Shown in pieces: positions 9,637 through 19,600 of a DNA stretch of 64,000 nucleotides; the first letter of the stretch is position 1; every line of letters starts with the position of its first letter. The translations under genes were made by a program, and so were the position numbers. The stretch comes from Calditrichota bacterium (lineage in GTDB: Bacteria > Zhuqueibacterota > Zhuqueibacteria > Thermofontimicrobiales > Thermofontimicrobiaceae): positions 1,276-65,275 of the forward strand of contig JAADFU010000097.1 in NCBI GenBank assembly GCA_013152715.1. The letters run 5' to 3'. The notes beneath the pieces are model-generated. The model saw only the letters and a list, made by a program, of their open reading frames with translations. It made no database searches and had not been told where the DNA came from.

Positions 9637-11364
9637 ATGGCAAAAGTGATCTTGGAGCGAATTGGTTCGACCATTTCTAATTTTATGGGAGTTGAGGATT
9701 TCAACAAGAATCTGAAAGAGAATGAAAATCTCAATGAGAGATATTTAAAGGCGAGGGAGGAAATTCGCGCTGGTTGGGGGAAAACCTATGTGGAGCGAGT
9801 TCACAGAAAAGGCAAGTTAACCACGTGGGAGCGCATCGAAGCTTTGAAAGATGAGGGCAGCAAAGTTTTCCCCATCGGCACTTTTGTCAACTATGGCATT
9901 GAATTTTTTGACGGAAAGACAAATCGCACCTCGCCCGCGGCAGGTGTAATCACCGCATTCGTGAAAATTGAAGGCAGATACACGGTTGTGATTGCCAATG
10001 ATAACACAGTTGCTTCCGGCGCCTGGTGGCCTTTGACGCCGGAGAAAATTGAACGGGCGCAGGAAATAGCACTGCGGCTGCGGATACCCGTGGTCTATTT
10101 GATCGATTGCAGCGGGCTCTTTTTGCCGGAACAGGCGAAAACATTCCCCGGGAAAACCGGTGCCGGGTATATTTTCAAAATGAATGCTTTGCTCAGCGCC
10201 CAGCAAGTACCGCAAATTGCCGGTGTTTTCGGAGATTGCATTGCCGGCGGCGGATACATGCCAATCATCAGCGATGTGGTTTACATGACTGAACAAGCCT
10301 ACATGGTGATCGCCGGTGCCGCATTGGTAAAGGGGGGCAAAAGTCAAAAAATCACGTCGCTGGACATCGGCGGCCCGGATATCCATGTGCATCTTTCCAA
10401 TTGCGCGGATTTTCGCGTGCCCGATGATCGGGCAGCATTGAAAAAAATTCGTTCTGAAATTGCAAAGTTGCCGACTCCGGCGAATGACTATTATCGCTAC
10501 GGACAGGAACCAGCGCCTCCTCATTTTTCATCAGATGAAATTCCTGGAATTTTGCCTCCTGACCATCGCGTGACCTATGACATGCGTCAGATCATTGCCC
10601 GTATTCTGGATCATAGCTTGTTCTGGGAGCTTTTCCCTCATAAAGGGAAGGAAATCATCTGCGGCGTCGGCAGAATCAATGGAAATTATGTGGGAATTAT
10701 TGCTAACAACGCTTTTCTCACGGATCACCCGGTGCATCGCAGTACACGCCGTCCCGGCGGAATTCTCTATCGCGACGGCATCGCTAAAATGACCAGCTTC
10801 GTGCGCGCCTGTAACGACGATGGAATCCCGCTTATCTGGCTGCAGGACGTGGCGGGATTTGACATCGGACTCGAAGCGGAAAAAATGGGATTGTTGGGTT
10901 ACGGTTCCGATCTTTTGTATTCCATTTCCACTTCCACTAATCCAGTGATTACCGTGCTGCTGCGCAAAGCTTCTGGCGCTGGCTACTATGCAATGAACGG
11001 CAGACCCTACGAGCCGATTGTACAATTTTCCACGCCGTTGACGAGGCTGGCTGTAATGGAAGGCAGAACTCTGGCGATTGGTGCTTATCGCACGAAATTG
11101 GACGATGATTTTAATATTATTTTTACGAATAAGGAAGAATACGAAGCAATTAAGCGAGGGATGGAAGGAGTTGAGCAGCGAATCACGAAAGATATGGATC
11201 CAATTTTATCGGCGCGACAGTTGGATACAGACGAAATTATTCTGCTTCACGAATTGCGGCCTTATTTGGAAACGATGATTGACATGAGCTATCAAAGTAT
11301 TGGCTATCGTCGCGTGAAAAATCCGCGCATCTGGTCGATGCATGATATTAAAGCACTTTATTGA
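9637..11364 (+). CDS. Acyl-CoA carboxylase carboxyltransferase subunit (methylcrotonyl-/propionyl-CoA carboxylase beta-like).
   Basis: 575 aa with both CoA carboxyltransferase N- and C-domains (..GGAYMP.., ..GRINGN..AN...GG). Sits between the biotin carboxylase and BCCP genes. Confidence 0.75.
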   Translation: MAKVILERIGSTISNFMGVEDFNKNLKENENLNERYLKAREEIRAGWGKTYVERVHRKGKLTTWERIEALKDEGSKVFPIGTFVNYGIEFFDGKTNRTSPAAGVITAFVKIEGRYTVVIANDNTVASGAWWPLTPEKIERAQEIALRLRIPVVYLIDCSGLFLPEQAKTFPGKTGAGYIFKMNALLSAQQVPQIAGVFGDCIAGGGYMPIISDVVYMTEQAYMVIAGAALVKGGKSQKITSLDIGGPDIHVHLSNCADFRVPDDRAALKKIRSEIAKLPTPANDYYRYGQEPAPPHFSSDEIPGILPPDHRVTYDMRQIIARILDHSLFWELFPHKGKEIICGVGRINGNYVGIIANNAFLTDHPVHRSTRRPGGILYRDGIAKMTSFVRACNDDGIPLIWLQDVAGFDIGLEAEKMGLLGYGSDLLYSISTSTNPVITVLLRKASGAGYYAMNGRPYEPIVQFSTPLTRLAVMEGRTLAIGAYRTKLDDDFNIIFTNKEEYEAIKRGMEGVEQRITKDMDPILSARQLDTDEIILLHELRPYLETMIDMSYQSIGYRRVKNPRIWSMHDIKALY

Positions 11365-11978
11365 CGAAACCAAAATCTCTGACAGCAACCAAAGTCGAAG
11401 AGGAAGAGATGATTGCTCTGATTGAAAAAGAAGATTCCCAAATTCGAATTTTATCTCCTGCGGTTGGATTTTATTCTGAAATGCCGCGAGAAAAAACTTT
11501 TGTCACCGGCGGCGCAATGATCGGCAAACTGACTGTATTGAATACGAGTTTTTTTATCTATTTGCCGGAAAATGTGAGTGGAATTGTGAGTTACAGCGAA
11601 TCTCCGGATCGAATTGTCAACGTCGGCTATCGCGATGAACTATTTCGACTGACAGCGGAACAGACGGAGATCGTCCGGCAGATTTCGGGCGCTGAAAAAA
11701 TTGAGAGCAATGATGAATTTGCAGAAAACGGTTTTGTGGTGCGCGCATTTACCACGGGTATTTTTTATCGTAGACCTTCTCCTGACGCCGCGCCTTATGT
11801 GGAAGAAGGTCAGCAAATTGAAAAAGGAAAAGTTCTGGGCTTAATTGAAGTAATGAAGACGTTCAATCACATCATTTTTCAAGGCACGGAAAATTCAAAT
11901 AGTGGAGTAGTCAAAAAAATTCTGGTCCAGGACGGCCAGGAGGTGAAGTTAGATCAGCCGTTGTTTGTTATTAGTTAG
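11361..11978 (+). CDS. Biotin carboxyl carrier protein (biotinyl domain). Start uncertain: TTG at 11361 or ATG at 11409.
   Basis: C-terminal biotinyl-lysine motif [10 protein letters not shown] (the EAMKM family). The TTGA start overlaps the upstream stop. Confidence 0.6.
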   Translation: MTKPKSLTATKVEEEEMIALIEKEDSQIRILSPAVGFYSEMPREKTFVTGGAMIGKLTVLNTSFFIYLPENVSGIVSYSESPDRIVNVGYRDELFRLTAEQTEIVRQISGAEKIESNDEFAENGFVVRAFTTGIFYRRPSPDAAPYVEEGQQIEKGKVLGLIEVMKTFNHIIFQGTENSNSGVVKKILVQDGQEVKLDQPLFVIS

Positions 11979-12061
11979 TGGACACTAAAAATTGAGTGGG
12001 GTTCTGGAAACTAATTTTAATTCTGACTTTTTTATTTTAAAACCTATCATGGGAGGAATCC

Positions 12062-13228
12062 ATGTCGCTAAATTTTGACCTTCCCGAAGAAGCGAACATG
12101 ATTCGCGATACGGTACGTGAGTTCGCCGAGCAAGTGATCAGACCAAAGGCAAAAGAATTGGACGACGCAGAGGAGTTTTCGCCGGAAATCACGCGTCAAT
12201 TGGGCGAGTTGGGATTATTTGGGTTTTGCATTCCTGAAGAATATGGCGGGAACGGCTTTGGATATATTCCTTACATTATCGCTGTAGAAGAATTAGCACG
12301 AGTCGATGGTTCTCAGGCGGCTACGGTGGCGGCTCATAATTCGTTGGGCATCGGGCCTATTTATATTTTTGGAAATGAAGATCAAAAAAGAAAATATTTG
12401 CCTCAGCTCACTACCGGAGAAAAGGTCTGGGCGTTTGGCCTTACGGAACCCAATGCAGGTTCTGATGCTGGCGGGACAAAGACTGTCGCCAAAAAGGAAA
12501 AGGACGGCTGGCGCATTAATGGTTCGAAAATATTTATCACCAACGGTTCAGGAGAAGCCTCGCTGGGAGTGACGGTGCAGGCAGTGACCGGCACCCGTCC
12601 CGATGGGAAAAAAGAATACACTTGCTTTCTGGTCGAACAAGGCACGCCCGGTTTCACGGCAAAAACGATGCATGAAAAAATGATGTGGCGCTCGTCTATT
12701 ACCTCGGAGTTGTTTTTCGAAGACTGCCTTGTGCCGGAAGAAAGCATGCTTGGCAAAAAAGGCGAGGGGTTTCGTCAAATGCTGGACACGCTGGATCGCG
12801 GCAGGCTTTCTATCGCAGCGATGGGACTTGGGTGTGCTCAGGGCGCCTATGAATTAGCGCTGAAATACGCCAAAGAACGAAAACAATTCGGAAAAGCAAT
12901 CTCCACGTTTCAAGCCAATGCTTTCAAATTAGCTGATATGGCAACGGAAATCGAAGCCGCGCGCTATCTTCTCTACCGCGCCGCGTGGCTGTGCGATCAA
13001 AAACGGGACGAATACAAAAAATTAGCGTCCATGGCAAAATTGTACTGCTCAGAAGTGGCGCATCGCTGTGTCAATCAGGCGCTTCAAATTCACGGCGGCT
13101 ACGGTTTGATGAAAGAGTACGATATCGAGCGATTTTATCGCGACCAGCGCTTGCTGGAAATCGGCGAAGGAACCTCTGAAATTTTACGATTGGTCATTTC
13201 CAGAAGAATTGGGTGTTATGATGTTTGA
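12062..13228 (+). CDS. Acyl-CoA dehydrogenase. By context, isovaleryl-CoA / short-branched-chain acyl-CoA dehydrogenase.
   Basis: ACAD N/M/C domains with GLTEPNAGSD and QIHGGYG motifs. GGAGG-like RBS. Confidence 0.8.
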   Translation: MSLNFDLPEEANMIRDTVREFAEQVIRPKAKELDDAEEFSPEITRQLGELGLFGFCIPEEYGGNGFGYIPYIIAVEELARVDGSQAATVAAHNSLGIGPIYIFGNEDQKRKYLPQLTTGEKVWAFGLTEPNAGSDAGGTKTVAKKEKDGWRINGSKIFITNGSGEASLGVTVQAVTGTRPDGKKEYTCFLVEQGTPGFTAKTMHEKMMWRSSITSELFFEDCLVPEESMLGKKGEGFRQMLDTLDRGRLSIAAMGLGCAQGAYELALKYAKERKQFGKAISTFQANAFKLADMATEIEAARYLLYRAAWLCDQKRDEYKKLASMAKLYCSEVAHRCVNQALQIHGGYGLMKEYDIERFYRDQRLLEIGEGTSEILRLVISRRIGCYDV

Positions 13229-13263
13229 AAAATTAGAACCCAGTTATTTTCGAAAATAGTTTT

Positions 13264-13336
13264 TTCAATCTAGACATCCCCCCTGTCCCCCCTTCAAAGG
13301 GGGGAACTCTAAAAGTCCCCCTTTGAAGGGGGATTT
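13264..13336. terminator. GC-rich nested palindromic element (two CCCCCC-loop-GGGGGG hairpins inside an outer ACATCCCCC/GGGGGATGT stem). Likely an intrinsic terminator or attenuator between the acyl-CoA dehydrogenase and enoyl-CoA hydratase genes.
   Basis: Inverted repeats 13264-13272 / 13328-13336, 13277-13282 / 13289-13294 and 13307-13311 / 13318-13322. A related C-rich motif lies at ~47178. Confidence 0.45.
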
Positions 13337-13391
13337 AGGGGGATGTTCAAAGCTAGTCTGAACAAGCAAAAACATAAATTTTGAGGCTTTT

Positions 13392-14180
13392 ATGCAAAAA
13401 AAATTTCAGACCATTCGTTATCATATCGAAAATAAAGCAATCACCATTTGGCTGAACAGGCCTGATGTGCACAATGCCTTTAACTCGACCATGCTGAAAG
13501 AATTGTCGGAAATTCTGGAATGGATCGCAGGATCGGACGAGGTGCGCGTGGTCATTTTTACCGGAGAGGGAAAATCTTTTTCAGCCGGCGCTGATTTGAA
13601 TTGGATGAAAGAGATCATCAATTATACTTACGAAGAAAATTTGCAGGATTCTGAGCTTATTTCTCAAGTGTTTTATTTGATTTACACCTGTCCCAAGCCA
13701 GTGATTGCTGCCATAAACGGCGCTGCTGTCGGAGGCGGTATGGGATTTGTCGCCGCGTCAGACATCGTCATTGCTTCTGAACGGGCGAAATTCAGTCTGT
13801 CTGAAGTCAAAATCGGACTGGTTCCTTCCTGCATTTCTCCGTATCTGTTCAAAAAGGTCGGCGAAGGAGCGCTAAAAGAATTATTCATTTCAGGAATGCG
13901 TTTTGGCCCGGACAAGGCGCTAAAGATTAATTTGATCAATTATGTTGTTGAACATGAAAAGCTGCTCGATTTTGCGCAGGAGAAAGCCCGAGAATTGCTG
14001 GTCTGCGGTCCCCAAGCCATTGCTATTTGTAAAAAATTATTTTTCGAAGTTCAGGAAATGGATTTGCAAACAGCTTATCACTACACAGCGGATTTGATTG
14101 CAAAAATGAGAATTTCCGACGAAGCACAGGAAGGCATGCACGCATTTTTGGAAAAGAGAAAACCCAATTGGCATCCCTAA
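13392..14180 (+). CDS. Enoyl-CoA hydratase/isomerase (crotonase family). By context, 3-methylglutaconyl-CoA hydratase-like.
   Basis: Crotonase fold motifs (AAINGAAVGGG, oxyanion hole region). 262 aa. Confidence 0.75.
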   Translation: MQKKFQTIRYHIENKAITIWLNRPDVHNAFNSTMLKELSEILEWIAGSDEVRVVIFTGEGKSFSAGADLNWMKEIINYTYEENLQDSELISQVFYLIYTCPKPVIAAINGAAVGGGMGFVAASDIVIASERAKFSLSEVKIGLVPSCISPYLFKKVGEGALKELFISGMRFGPDKALKINLINYVVEHEKLLDFAQEKARELLVCGPQAIAICKKLFFEVQEMDLQTAYHYTADLIAKMRISDEAQEGMHAFLEKRKPNWHP

Positions 14181-14263
14181 AAACTTCATTATAAATCGGA
14201 AGAGGGGTCTAAAAAACAGGTGAATTATTTTTTAACAAACTCTAATTTAAAGAGGAGGATCGT

Positions 14264-14926
14264 ATGATCAAAAAGGCCAATCAAGCATTATCAGCAGTAC
14301 TCTTCATCACATTTATCTTTTTTCTCTCTACGGCTAACGCTCAACAAGCTCCGGTTGCACAGGATGTTGGTCTTTTGGATGTGGAATACTCAAGCTTGAC
14401 CAAGCAAGTCTGTCAGGATTGTCATGGCACCTCTCTCGCCGATACCCATCATGAAACGCAAATTGCTCAATCCGGGCAGTGTGTCACCTGTCATAGTGTC
14501 TCAACCACTCCCGGACAAATGGGGGTTGTTCTGCAAAGGGACTGTATGAAATGTCATACAGAGACTCCGCATCATAAGACCGAAGCGGCGCTTAATAACG
14601 AATGTACTAATTGCCACGATAGTCCGGGGCTGAATGATTACAGCACTTCTGTTGCGACCTACCCTGTTTCTATGGTTACTCCGGCTGTGGCAAATTGTAA
14701 AAAATGCCATGATAACGGAGAGGCTGCAGGGCTTCAGGTTGTAGATTTCAAGGAAACTCATCATGGAATTTCCATTGATAATTGTGACATCTGCCATGAA
14801 GGAACCGAAACTAAAACAACAAACATTCGGATCTGCGAAAGATGCCATAACCAGGAAGTCATTCACCAGGTCGCTCCTCATATTGAAGCACAAAATTGTG
14901 TTGTATGCCATCTGACTAAAAAATAA
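14264..14926 (+). CDS. Secreted octaheme c-type cytochrome (small multiheme cytochrome).
   Basis: Signal peptide MIKKANQALSAVLFITFIFFLSTANA. Eight CxxCH motifs (CQDCH, CVTCH, CMKCH, CTNCH, CKKCH, CDICH, CERCH, CVVCH) in 220 aa. AGGAGG RBS. Confidence 0.85.
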   Translation: MIKKANQALSAVLFITFIFFLSTANAQQAPVAQDVGLLDVEYSSLTKQVCQDCHGTSLADTHHETQIAQSGQCVTCHSVSTTPGQMGVVLQRDCMKCHTETPHHKTEAALNNECTNCHDSPGLNDYSTSVATYPVSMVTPAVANCKKCHDNGEAAGLQVVDFKETHHGISIDNCDICHEGTETKTTNIRICERCHNQEVIHQVAPHIEAQNCVVCHLTKK

Positions 14927-15458
14927 CGCATGGCGTGCTCATGAAATTTGAGTGAGACGAGCAAATTTTAACCCTGGCGGGGCGCCAGTCACGAATTTAA
15001 TTATAAAAATTAATCAATTCATTACCGATTCACCTGTTTCGTCCGTGCTGGCACCCGCTGGATTTTTAATTTTTTCTTAATTTTTGGTAACAGCGTTTTT
15101 TTTGGTAATTTTACTCACGAAATTTTTGTGAATTTCTCTGTTATCCGCCAAATGTTGAACGAATTTTAATAAAAGCGAGGAGGATATCAGGCTATTTCGG
15201 AATTAGAACCGACTTTATTCTTTGGTAAAATGAAGACTGATTAAATCTACATTAGCCACTATCTCGTCCTTTCGGGACTTAGAAGAGTCTGGTGCAAAAG
15301 CTGAGTTTCAAAAGAACGAGATACGGGAAATTGTCAGAACATTTTTTATTATAGAATACCAAAATTAAAATTGAATAGACCGCAACCTTCGCATCGAAGA
15401 AAAACCAGAATTTATTAAGTCATTTTTTGACTTTAAAGATAAACCATGAGGAGGAAAA

Positions 15459-16601
15459 ATGGATTATTTGTTGACCGAAGAGCAAAAAATGCTCCGAGAA
15501 ATGGTATCCAAATTTGCCAAGGAAGAAATTGCGCCTGTGGCTTCTGAAAATGAGGATAAGGAGATATATCCGGAAAATATTGTACAACAATTGGGCGAAT
15601 TGGGGATAATGGGCATTGCTTATCCTGAGGAGTACGGCGGCGCCGGGATGGATTACGTTTCTTACATGCTGGCTGTGGAAGCAATTTCTCAGTATTGCGC
15701 ATCGACAGGAGTAATTGTCTCTGCGCATTCGTCTCTGGCAGTGGATCCCATTTTTCGTTTTGGCACTGAAGAACAGAAAAAGAAATATCTGCCTGACATG
15801 TGTTCCGGGAAAAAGATCGGTTGCCATGCGCTGACTGAACCAGGTGCGGGATCCGATGCAGGCGCGGTAAAAACAACAGCGAAATTAGAGGGCGATAAAT
15901 GGGTGCTTAATGGTACAAAACACTTCATCACCAATGGCGCGAATGCGGATGTAGCAGTGGTCTTTGCTTCCACTGACATGGAACAAAAACACCACGGCAT
16001 CAGTGCTTTTATCGTGGAAAAGGGCACTCCCGGATTTCGCGTGGGGAAATTAGAAAATAAATTAGGCATCCGCGCATCGACGACAGCGGAATTGATTTTC
16101 GAAGATTGCGCCATTCCCAAAGAAAATTTGCTCGGCGAGCTCAATAAAGGTTTTAAAATAGCCATGATCACGCTGGATGGCGGCAGACTGGGAATAGCGT
16201 CACAAGCGCTGGGGATTGCCAAGGCGGCAATTGAGGATTCGGTTGCTTACGCTAAAGAGCGTCAGCAATTTGGCCAGCCCATTGCTAAATTTCAGGCGAT
16301 TCAGTGGATGATTGCCAATATGACAACTGAATATGAAGCAGCCTGGCTTTTGACCTATCGGGGATCTGTGATGAAAGATAAAGGCCTGCGCTACTCAAAA
16401 GAGGCGGCAATGGCAAAGTTAAAAGCTTCGGAGACAGCATCTTTTTGTGCCAACAAAGCAATACAAATTCACGGTGGCTACGGTTTCATCAAAGATTTCC
16501 CTGTGGAACGTTATCTCAGGGATGCCAAAATTACGGAAATTTACGAGGGCACCAATGAAATTATGCGAATTGTGATTTCTGCAAATATGTTGAGAGATTA
16601 G
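15459..16601 (+). CDS. Acyl-CoA dehydrogenase (butyryl-/isobutyryl-CoA dehydrogenase-like).
   Basis: ACAD domains with ALTEPGAGSD and QIHGGYG. GAGGAGG RBS. Lies upstream of icmF. Confidence 0.8.
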   Translation: MDYLLTEEQKMLREMVSKFAKEEIAPVASENEDKEIYPENIVQQLGELGIMGIAYPEEYGGAGMDYVSYMLAVEAISQYCASTGVIVSAHSSLAVDPIFRFGTEEQKKKYLPDMCSGKKIGCHALTEPGAGSDAGAVKTTAKLEGDKWVLNGTKHFITNGANADVAVVFASTDMEQKHHGISAFIVEKGTPGFRVGKLENKLGIRASTTAELIFEDCAIPKENLLGELNKGFKIAMITLDGGRLGIASQALGIAKAAIEDSVAYAKERQQFGQPIAKFQAIQWMIANMTTEYEAAWLLTYRGSVMKDKGLRYSKEAAMAKLKASETASFCANKAIQIHGGYGFIKDFPVERYLRDAKITEIYEGTNEIMRIVISANMLRD

Positions 16602-16612
16602 ATTTATCAAGT

Positions 16613-16641
16613 CCTTTCAAATGTTCGAGACCTTTGAAAGG
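16613..16641 (+). terminator. Hairpin (CCTTTCAAA / TTTGAAAGG) after the acyl-CoA dehydrogenase stop. Weak intrinsic-terminator candidate.
   Basis: 9-bp stem, 11-nt loop, no clear U-tract. Confidence 0.3.
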
Positions 16642-16684
16642 GTAAATTAGCGTGAAAAGAAAATATATCTTTTAAGGAGGAGAA

Positions 16685-19600
16685 TTGAACCACATAAGAG
16701 TCATCACAGCAGCGGCGTTATTCGACGGGCATGACGTTTCCATAAATATTTTCAGAAAATTGATGCAAAAACGCGGCGCGGAAGTCATCCATTTAGGTCA
16801 TAATCGCTCGGTGCGTGAAGTAGTTACTACTGCCATTCAGGAAGATGCCGACGCCATACTTGTCAGTTCTTATCAGGGCGGACACAATGAATTTTTCCGC
16901 TACATGGTGGACAAACTCAAAGAATCGCACGCGGAAAGAATTATGGTCTTCGGCGGCGGCGGCGGCGTGATTTTGCCGTCGGAAATTGAAGCCCTGGAAA
17001 CCTACGGCGTGGAACGATTGTACCATGCGCTCGACGGACAAAAATTGGGCATCGACGGTATTGCTGACGACATCATCAAACGCATTCACAAACGAAAATC
17101 AGCGGAAAAGCAGTTGTTCGGCAAATTCATTGGCGAAAAAGTAATTGAGGGAAATTCACCTAAAAATCATTTGACGATTGCGCAGCAGATTTCATTTTTT
17201 GAGGATCACATCGGCGAAAAACAAATCACGACGCCAATTTTAGAAAAATTGCAGCAGCACGACAAAGGAAAATCTGTAGTGCTCGGCGTTACCGGTACTG
17301 GCGGCAGCGGCAAAAGCTCGCTCATCGACGAACTGGTGAATCGTTTCCTGAAAATTGTGCCGGACATGACCATCGGAATTCTGACTGTGGACCCGTCAAA
17401 GCGAATTTCCGGCGGCGCGCTGTTAGGCGACCGCATTCGCTACAACAACATTTATGACGATCGCGTTTATTTTCGCAGCTTTGCCACACGGGAGTCTGCC
17501 AGTGAAATCAGTCTCGCGCTCACCGACGCCATCGCCGTGCTCAAAAGCTGTGGCTTTGACGTCATCTTTGTGGAAACCAGCGGCATTGGTCAGGGCGACA
17601 GTCAGGCGGTGGATGTGAGTGATTTTTCCGCTTATGTGATGACTTCGGAGTACGGCGCCCCGTCGCAGTTGGATAAAATCGACATGCTGGAAATTGCCAA
17701 CTACATTGTGATCAACAAATTTGAAAAGCCGGGCTCTGAAGACGCCATGCGCGAAGTGATGATCAATTACATTCGCAATCATGGCGTGAAAGTGTCGCAT
17801 CGCGAATCTCTGTTTGAACTCGATTTGCCGGTTTACGGAACCAGCAGTAACCAATTCAACAATCACGGCGTCAACCGTCTTTTTAAAGATTTGCTTGATT
17901 TAATTTTGAAGCAAAATAAGAAAAAATATCAGATAAAAGAAAATCTGCTGAAAATTTTACCGACAAAATTGGAGTTCGAGTACGGCCTCATCCACAGCCG
18001 ACGCGTGAATTATTTGACGGAAATTGCCGACACCGTGCGTAAATATCACGAGCGCGCCAGGCAGGAATCGGAGCTTGCCGGTAAATGTTACAGTTTGAAA
18101 AAAAGCATGGATTTGATCGAAGATGCAGCCATAAAAGAAACGCTACACCAAAAATTTGATGAGCTTTGGAAAAAATTGTCCCAGCAGTCAAAAGATTTTC
18201 TGGAAAATTGGCTTGAATTGAAAGAGCGCTATCAGCAGAAAAAATTTCGCTACAGAGTGCGGCATCGGGAAATTGAAGTGGATTTATTCAATCGCTCGCT
18301 TTCCGGCTTGAATATCCCGAAAGTAACGCTGCCGAATTTTTCCGATTGGGAAGAGTTGCTCAAATTTTATTACAAAGAAAATTTGCCGGGCTGTTTTCCT
18401 TACACCGGTGCTGTTTATCCCTTTCGCCGCACCGGAGAGGATCCGCGACGCCAATTTGCTGGTGAAGGCAGCGCAAAAAGAACGAACAAGCGTTTTCATT
18501 ATTTGACCAGAGATGACCGCGCCAAACGGCTTTCCGTGGCGTTCGACGGCATCACGCTCTACGGCGAAGATCCGGCGACGGAACCGGACATTTACGGCAA
18601 AATCGGTGAAAGCGGCGTAAGCATTTGTACCATCGATGACATGGATCAACTGCTGGAAGGCTTCGATCAAACCGATGCGTTGACTTCAGTGTCCATGACC
18701 ATCAATGCCCCGGCGCCAATTATGTTGGCGATGTATTTCATGGTTGCGTTTCGCCGGGAATTGAAAAAAGCAGAAGCGCAAGGCAGAAAATTGTCCTCTG
18801 AAGAAAAAGAAAAATTAAAAATTGAAACATTCCGCAAATTGCGCGGCACTGTTCAGGCAGACATTTTGAAAGAAGACCAGGGGCAGAACACCTGCATTTT
18901 TTCCGTCGATTTTGCCATGAAATTGATTGGCGATGTGCAGGAATATTTTTCTAAAAATGATATTCGAAATTATTATTCAATCAGTATCAGCGGCTATCAC
19001 ATCGCTGAAGCCGGCGCCAATCCGATCACGCAGTTGGCTTTTACCCTGGCGAATGGCTTTACTTATGTGGAGTATTTTTTAAATCGCGGTTTAAAAATCG
19101 ATCAGTTTGCGCCGAATTTGTCCTTCTTTTTCAGCAATGGAATGGAACCGGAATATGCCGTCATCGGACGCGTTGCCCGGCGAATCTGGGCTATTGCCAT
19201 CAGAGATTTGTATGGCGGAAATGAGCGGAGTCAAAAGTTAAAATACCACATTCAAACATCCGGTCGGTCTCTACACGCACAGGAAATTGAATTAAACGAC
19301 ATCCGCACGACGCTACAAGCCTTGATGGCTTATTACGATAATTGCAATTCTTTGCACACCAACTCCTATGACGAAGCGATCACTACGCCGACTGAGGAAT
19401 CAGTGCGCCGCTCAGTAGCGATTCAGATGATTCTTGCCAATGAGATGGGAATGGTGAAAAACGAAAATCCCAATCAAGGATCTTTTATCATTGAACAGCT
19501 TACCGATTTGGTGGAAGAGGCGATATTGAATGAATTTCATCGTATTTCACGACGCGGTGGCGTGCTTGGAGCGATGGAAAAGCAATACCAACGCTCGAAA

